A stretch of 64,000 bases of DNA from a virus. Made by a program: the position numbers and the translations under genes. Within the stretch, counting starts at the first letter, position 1. Each line of letters begins with the position of its first letter. Positions 59,656 to 64,000 of this stretch are shown piece after piece. The notes beneath the pieces are model-generated. The model was given only the letters and a program-made list of their open reading frames with translations, was not told the DNA's origin and made no database searches. The stretch lies in the IMG/VR virus record IMGVR_UViG_3300029552_000001. One strand, given 5' to 3'.

Positions 59656-60045
59656 TTATAATATTACATTAAACAACTCGTTTAACCTATCTATCTCACT
59701 TAGGTATTCATCTTCTTTATCAAATCTAATTTGCGTCCCTCCCTCCAATCCAAAGGACAGGGTAAAGGATATGACCCAGCCCGATCCGTCCACGGCCTTC
59801 CCCTTGGGAACCCAAGACATCACCGTCTTCTTGGATATCCACCATCTCCCTATCTCAACGAAATCAGGATAGTTGTTCATTAAATACACCATCTGACTAG
59901 CCATCTTATTGACATCATCAAAAGACACTATATGATACTTGTTTCTTATCCTGACCTTCAAGAAGGGGTTATCCATATTATATGCCGCAAATGCTGATAT
60001 TACGGAACTGGAATATCTAACCCCTTTTATTATTACCCATTTCAT
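59656..60045 (-). CDS. hypothetical protein
   Basis: The track start at 60054 is a GTG. I use the ATG at 60045 (MKWVIIKG), which has AAGGAGG 8 nt upstream. Confidence 0.5.
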   Translation of the reverse strand: MKWVIIKGVRYSSSVISAFAAYNMDNPFLKVRIRNKYHIVSFDDVNKMASQMVYLMNNYPDFVEIGRWWISKKTVMSWVPKGKAVDGSGWVISFTLSFGLEGGTQIRFDKEDEYLSEIDRLNELFNVIL

Positions 60046-60058
60046 ATACAACACCTCC

Positions 60059-60346
60059 TTATATTAAACTATCTAATATAAATTCATCTTCCTCCGTTCT
60101 CTCATCTATAGGCTTGTTTTGTACCGTTTTGACAAGATCAAGCACCTCATCCCAAGTCCTTTCTGATAGCGACCCGATATTTATACCACAACATCTACAT
60201 CCACTAGAAAACACTGGTATTGTATTCCCATCATACATTCTAACGAATTTGTATCCTATATACTCATTACATAAAGAACATCTTCTTAACGGAATGAATC
60301 TTATCTTACCGCTATTGACCATACTTATCAGCACTTCTTTATTCAT
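60059..60346 (-). CDS. small Cys-containing hypothetical protein
   Basis: 95 aa with CSLC...CRCC. Confidence 0.5.
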   Translation of the reverse strand: MNKEVLISMVNSGKIRFIPLRRCSLCNEYIGYKFVRMYDGNTIPVFSSGCRCCGINIGSLSERTWDEVLDLVKTVQNKPIDERTEEDEFILDSLI

Positions 60347-60347
60347 A

Positions 60348-60773
60348 TCATTTCCTCAATTTGTTTTTAACCTCCTTAACATATTTGGGAGAATGTAATC
60401 CCCTATGCAATCTTATAGCCCGATCTATATCCTTGTTCGGATTATGATGAGATTGATATATCTCGAACATTTCCCTAGCCTTGATAGGATTTGTTCTATC
60501 ATCGTATCTATACCGCTTTTTCTCCCGTTTAAGACACAATATCCTATTAACCTCATCTACATACACCTTTTTCATCTGCCACCTCCCTAACGCCCCTGAA
60601 GTGGCGTTGTACGCCCGATCGTCATCCCTTGACTCCACGAAAGATAGGGCGGCCGCCAGCTTATCCCATACCCGTGCCTCGACCACTGCCGGCTTCGGGG
60701 CGAGGGGCATGCCTCCGTTCCCTTTTGGTGGTGTCAATATTATCATCGTCATCACAAGTAAGTATCTTATCAC
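60348..60773 (-). CDS. lytic transglycosylase (SLT-domain) with an N-terminal signal/anchor; candidate endolysin or virion lysin
   Basis: 141 aa. N-terminal MIRYLLVMTMIILTPP, then FVESRDDDRAYNATSGALGRWQM (catalytic E-S ... G-x-x-Q pattern of SLT). Confidence 0.68.
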   Translation of the reverse strand: MIRYLLVMTMIILTPPKGNGGMPLAPKPAVVEARVWDKLAAALSFVESRDDDRAYNATSGALGRWQMKKVYVDEVNRILCLKREKKRYRYDDRTNPIKAREMFEIYQSHHNPNKDIDRAIRLHRGLHSPKYVKEVKNKLRK

Positions 60774-61321
60774 GTTCCCTTGTTTTTATAAAACTCCTCC
60801 CCGAATTTCACATTATCCACATAATCTTCCATACACTCATGAACAATTATATGAATATCCCCCTCCGTGTATGTTACCTCGGACATTAACCTCTCATTGG
60901 TCATCCACCAAGAATAACTATCAATATGCCGTATCTCAAATCCATGATCATGCAACGCATACATAACATTATATCTTAAATCCCTGTCCATCATCATACA
61001 CTCGTACACGATATAGCCATTGATACTTTCATGAGACCTACCGAACGTATAAACGTACCTACCCATCAACTTATACAACTCCCTTGCCATAGGATTCGGG
61101 ATCGCCTCATCCATATCAAAATCCCCATCTGGATCAATAACCCACTCTACATCCCGCTCATCAATACAAGCCCTAGGCATTCCTATTGTCCGTACATAAA
61201 GACGTGATCGGTGATCCTCGCTTAACACCGTCCCGATATACTTTTCCCCTTTGGCATATCCTATATTATGGTTGCCGGTTATATTAAATACAATTTCAGC
61301 TCCTATCTTAATTTCATCCAT
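60770..61321 (-). CDS. hypothetical protein
   Basis: The track start at 61327 is a TTG. I use the ATG at 61321 (MDEIKIG), giving 183 aa. Confidence 0.55.
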   Translation of the reverse strand: MDEIKIGAEIVFNITGNHNIGYAKGEKYIGTVLSEDHRSRLYVRTIGMPRACIDERDVEWVIDPDGDFDMDEAIPNPMARELYKLMGRYVYTFGRSHESINGYIVYECMMMDRDLRYNVMYALHDHGFEIRHIDSYSWWMTNERLMSEVTYTEGDIHIIVHECMEDYVDNVKFGEEFYKNKGT

Positions 61322-61498
61322 ATTCAAGATGTTTGTATCATTTGTTATCTTTTTTATACAAAAAGAGGATATAATGGCATAATATTATGATATCAAGACA
61401 CGAATGCGTTATCTATCATATTATCATACATATCCTCTATACAACGTCATTTATGGCATTATATCGTATATGATGCCGCAGGCCATAAATACATCTAA

Positions 61499-61741
61499 TT
61501 AACCCTTTTTTAAGGGCTTATTGCCATTTAGGTAACTAGCTATGCCTAATATTTTCGAAATAAGGGCTTTTTTAGCCTTATACTCATCGTTTATCCCTAT
61601 TATCGCATATCTGTATACCATCCCATCCTTCGACACCTCCACGCCCACGTATTTAGGCGCAACGGCATCCCTATGTAATACGATAAACGGGCTTTTGCCG
61701 TCTAGCTCATTTATCAACTGATTAAACTGTCGCCTTGTCAT
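61499..61741 (-). CDS. hypothetical protein
   Basis: 80-aa ORF. No motif recognised. Confidence 0.5.
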   Translation of the reverse strand: MTRRQFNQLINELDGKSPFIVLHRDAVAPKYVGVEVSKDGMVYRYAIIGINDEYKAKKALISKILGIASYLNGNKPLKKG

Positions 61742-62222
61742 CTGATAGTGATATTATTTCCATGTTATAAATACGATCTCTTTTTACCCTTATCTTCTCG
61801 CACAGCTCATCGAAGCACCCATCTTCTTCTAACCTACCAACATAATATGATACATTCGATTTAGAGCTTCCTTGAAGATATATATTTCCTCCTATATTCC
61901 TTGAGAAAAAATTAGGCAAGACCATCTTTTGCCTCTTATCCTTATTATCCATGTAAGATATAACGACAACCCATAATTCTGGCTTCCGTTCTTTTACAGA
62001 TAACATGAGATCAAGACTCGATTGACCATTGATATTCCTCCTGCCAGTTTCGTTATAACGAAGAATAATATAATCATTCGCGTTATCATCCTCAACCATC
62101 ACGACTATAGGGCGATCTCCCTTCCCATTATCACATAATACTCTTGGCTCTTTCCCGTTGCGGAGATACACCTTATCGTAATCTCCGTTTTTGTATATCT
62201 CAAAATCAAATTCTATCACCAT
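61722..62222 (-). CDS. hypothetical protein
   Basis: 166-aa ORF. No motif recognised. Confidence 0.55.
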   Translation of the reverse strand: MVIEFDFEIYKNGDYDKVYLRNGKEPRVLCDNGKGDRPIVVMVEDDNANDYIILRYNETGRRNINGQSSLDLMLSVKERKPELWVVVISYMDNKDKRQKMVLPNFFSRNIGGNIYLQGSSKSNVSYYVGRLEEDGCFDELCEKIRVKRDRIYNMEIISLSDDKATV

Positions 62223-62223
62223 A

Positions 62224-62448
62224 TTATTTTCTCCTATTGATGTATTGTTGCGTACGTCCTTCCTCTATTTTTTCGAAATAAAACTTATTCCCATATAACC
62301 GAGTGAAGCAGATGTTATACCCGAAATGTTCCGCGCGTCTGATCTGCGCGTAACCTCTACTGATGTCATTATTATCAATCAGCGTAACAAAACAATGTGA
62401 TCCTACTTCTGTATTCAAAACCAGATTTTCCCAATCTTTTGCCTCCAT
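62224..62448 (-). CDS. hypothetical protein
   Basis: Internal ATG (MEAKDWENL) chosen, directly after the upstream stop at 62450. The track start is 62535. Confidence 0.5.
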   Translation of the reverse strand: MEAKDWENLVLNTEVGSHCFVTLIDNNDISRGYAQIRRAEHFGYNICFTRLYGNKFYFEKIEEGRTQQYINRRK

Positions 62449-62449
62449 A

Positions 62450-62965
62450 TCAAATCTCCTTAAATAATTTTTTGTTATGATTATCGCTATTATACCATTT
62501 ATCAATATTATCGTACTGCTTTGGATAAACCCCATAAGACCTACACCACCTAGGTAACGGCCCGTTCAGCACGTCTAACGCCGCCTCAAGGTCAAACGTA
62601 GCTTCCTCCTTGACACAACACCCCGATCCACTTCCACAGCTCGGTATATAAGCTCTACTATACGCTACGCTCATCCCATATTCCCCATGACTCAGATACC
62701 CGATGTTGGGTGAATCAGGGAAGGCGTAATACAACATCGTATAATCACCCTTACTCCAACCTCTATTATAAGTATCATCCTGCCATGCGAAAACCCTGCA
62801 ACCGGTCTTCTTTAACTCATCAGCCGCTTTTCTTAAAATATTATCTCCCATATCATTTATATTTAAATTATGCCAAGGCGCCGGGAACCGACCCCGGGCC
62901 ATATCCGCACACGTACGATCATGGTATTCCTTCCGCCCCGCCAAGGCTTGGTTCAACATTAACAA
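62450..62965 (-). CDS. hypothetical protein
   Basis: 171-aa ORF. No motif recognised. Confidence 0.55.
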   Translation of the reverse strand: MLMLNQALAGRKEYHDRTCADMARGRFPAPWHNLNINDMGDNILRKAADELKKTGCRVFAWQDDTYNRGWSKGDYTMLYYAFPDSPNIGYLSHGEYGMSVAYSRAYIPSCGSGSGCCVKEEATFDLEAALDVLNGPLPRWCRSYGVYPKQYDNIDKWYNSDNHNKKLFKEI

Positions 62966-63312
62966 ACTTTCATATCCTCACACATCTTAAAAAAGACCTC
63001 TCTTATGATCCTCTTATACAAGATGTATATCTCATCATCATCCTCATCGAACTCCACGCCCCATGAACGTAATAAATATCTAATGTCGCAATTCGCTATA
63101 TGAATCCTAAATATGGATGGAACGCTCATTATGTAATCCTCAAAAGCTTTCTTAATCCCATCCCTTTTGATATGTTCTTTATACTCATCCTTGAACACGT
63201 TAAGCATAAAAGATAGATATTCCCTATCATATTTAAACTGCTTACCATAATTATCTGTATCTATATGATCCAGTATATATATTTCTATAGCGTCTCTATC
63301 GTATTTTGACAT
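62959..63312 (-). CDS. hypothetical protein
   Basis: 117-aa ORF. No motif recognised. Confidence 0.5.
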   Translation of the reverse strand: MSKYDRDAIEIYILDHIDTDNYGKQFKYDREYLSFMLNVFKDEYKEHIKRDGIKKAFEDYIMSVPSIFRIHIANCDIRYLLRSWGVEFDEDDDEIYILYKRIIREVFFKMCEDMKVC

Positions 63313-63572
63313 ACTTCTTCCTCCTCCTTTTGATATTTTATAACCTTTTTCTCCCCATACACTTTCGCTAACTGGATAAGTTGACCGGTAAACACCTTGG
63401 TACGGTGTTTTACGATCTTATCCACCAATTCCGGGCATCTGGTTCTCCACCTATAATTAACCTCACCTTTAGCTTTCTTCTTATAATACCTGTAGAATGT
63501 TACGGCTACTACCACTTCTCCATTCTGCTCAAAAGCAACCAAATCGTAATTGTTGTAAGTTATTTCGTTCAT
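63285..63572 (-). CDS. hypothetical protein
   Basis: 95-aa ORF. No motif recognised. Confidence 0.5.
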   Translation of the reverse strand: MNEITYNNYDLVAFEQNGEVVVAVTFYRYYKKKAKGEVNYRWRTRCPELVDKIVKHRTKVFTGQLIQLAKVYGEKKVIKYQKEEEEVCQNTIETL

Positions 63573-63874
63573 CGTGTAATATATTTTATAAATTCAATCA
63601 CTTTCTTTGGCAGTGAATCTATATCCTTCACTCTTTTACCAAAATTGTACATATGACTTCTATGCGGATAATAATCTCCCGCATACATCCCCACTCCTAA
63701 TGGATGGAATGGATCCTCACTACATGAGAAAACAGGATAATACACCACCCCATAACCATCCTTTATATTTTTATTTACATATACTATGGTATATCTATCA
63801 GCCACTTCGTCGCCAAAATCATATACTCTTACTTTTACTTTCACGCCATCCACATTTGTTATAATATTATCCAT
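63569..63874 (-). CDS. hypothetical protein
   Basis: 101-aa ORF with AAAGGAGG 6 nt upstream of the ATG. Confidence 0.5.
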   Translation of the reverse strand: MDNIITNVDGVKVKVRVYDFGDEVADRYTIVYVNKNIKDGYGVVYYPVFSCSEDPFHPLGVGMYAGDYYPHRSHMYNFGKRVKDIDSLPKKVIEFIKYITR

Positions 63875-63903
63875 ATATACCTCCTTTGTTGTTCACTATC
63901 CGA

Positions 63904-64000
63904 CTAATCTATTTTCCTTCCATATAAGGTGTATGTACCATACCATCCCCTATCCATATTTACCACCTCAATATGATGTATGTGATAACAACCATTAGCT
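63904..64000 (-). CDS. 3' end of a leftward gene truncated by the window edge
   Basis: Open frame ...NGCYHIHHIEVVNMDRGWYGTYTLYGRKID ending at a TAG (63904-63906). The 5' part lies outside the window. Confidence 0.4.
   Translation of the reverse strand, partial: ANGCYHIHHIEVVNMDRGWYGTYTLYGRKID

Noticed and set aside
61328-61498. Repeated ATGGCAT(A/T)ATAT strings and the GAGGATAT/ATATCCTC and TTTATGGC/GCCATAAA inverted repeats
   Set aside because: These are short (8 bp) matches in very AT-rich DNA, where such matches arise easily. The region is probably a promoter/terminator region for the leftward units, but nothing specific can be supported.
1-64000. Genome-wide stop-codon reassignment (TGA or TAG recoding), as reported for some Bacteroides phages
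   Set aside because: Long genes (2149 aa, 543 aa, 486 aa, 481 aa) are uninterrupted under the standard code, and gene ends use TAA, TAG and TGA. Only the single TGA at 1377 looks suspicious, and it is reported as a local event.
1-64000. CRISPR array, retron, or diversity-generating retroelement
   Set aside because: There are no regularly spaced direct repeats of 25-40 bp. No reverse-transcriptase motifs (YxDD) appear in any ORF. The tail-fibre repeats are ordinary intragenic protein repeats with no template/variable pair.

Overview
The window reads as a 64-kb segment of a tailed dsDNA phage genome. The host is most likely a member of the Bacteroidota: TAnnTTTG promoter boxes sit 16-64 nt upstream of several starts, and there is a DUF4494-like protein and BACON-like repeats. 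Layout: (1) 1-13.6 kb is a rightward late/structural block with a repeat-rich tail fibre, BACON-like proteins, an HExxH protein and a 2149-aa giant virion-type protein, punctuated by hairpin plus T-tract terminators. (2) 13.7-14.9 kb is a visibly AT-rich T5orf172 (GIY-YIG-like) gene boxed in by terminators. (3) 14.9-64 kb holds about 105 tightly packed leftward early/replication genes: DnaB-like helicase, Zn-finger/Toprim primase, SF2 helicase, two PD-(D/E)XK nucleases, DnaQ-like exonuclease, DHH phosphoesterase, PNKP-type 3'-phosphatase, three DNA methyltransferases, tandem ACP-like proteins, an SLT-type lysin and many small ORFans. This block is interrupted at 50.4-51.9 kb by the largest non-coding region and a rightward GNAT-toxin cassette. 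I recognised no rRNA, tRNA, CRISPR array, integrase, reverse transcriptase, DNA polymerase, capsid, portal or terminase in the window. Items most worth follow-up: a 253-codon +1-frame ORF nested in a complete C5-methyltransferase gene that itself carries methyltransferase-like motifs; an AtaT/TacT-type GNAT toxin with a 53-aa partner lacking an RHH domain; tandem acyl-carrier-protein-like genes; a structured 780-bp non-coding region with repeated CGTGGGG motifs; a 36-bp direct repeat bracketing 5.5 kb; an in-frame TGA splitting what looks like one protein; C8-C10 homopolymer tracts next to late promoters; and two homopolymer-associated frameshifts. All functional calls come from motif recognition by eye and no similarity search was run. 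Several family assignments rest on recalled consensus patterns and are flagged as such.
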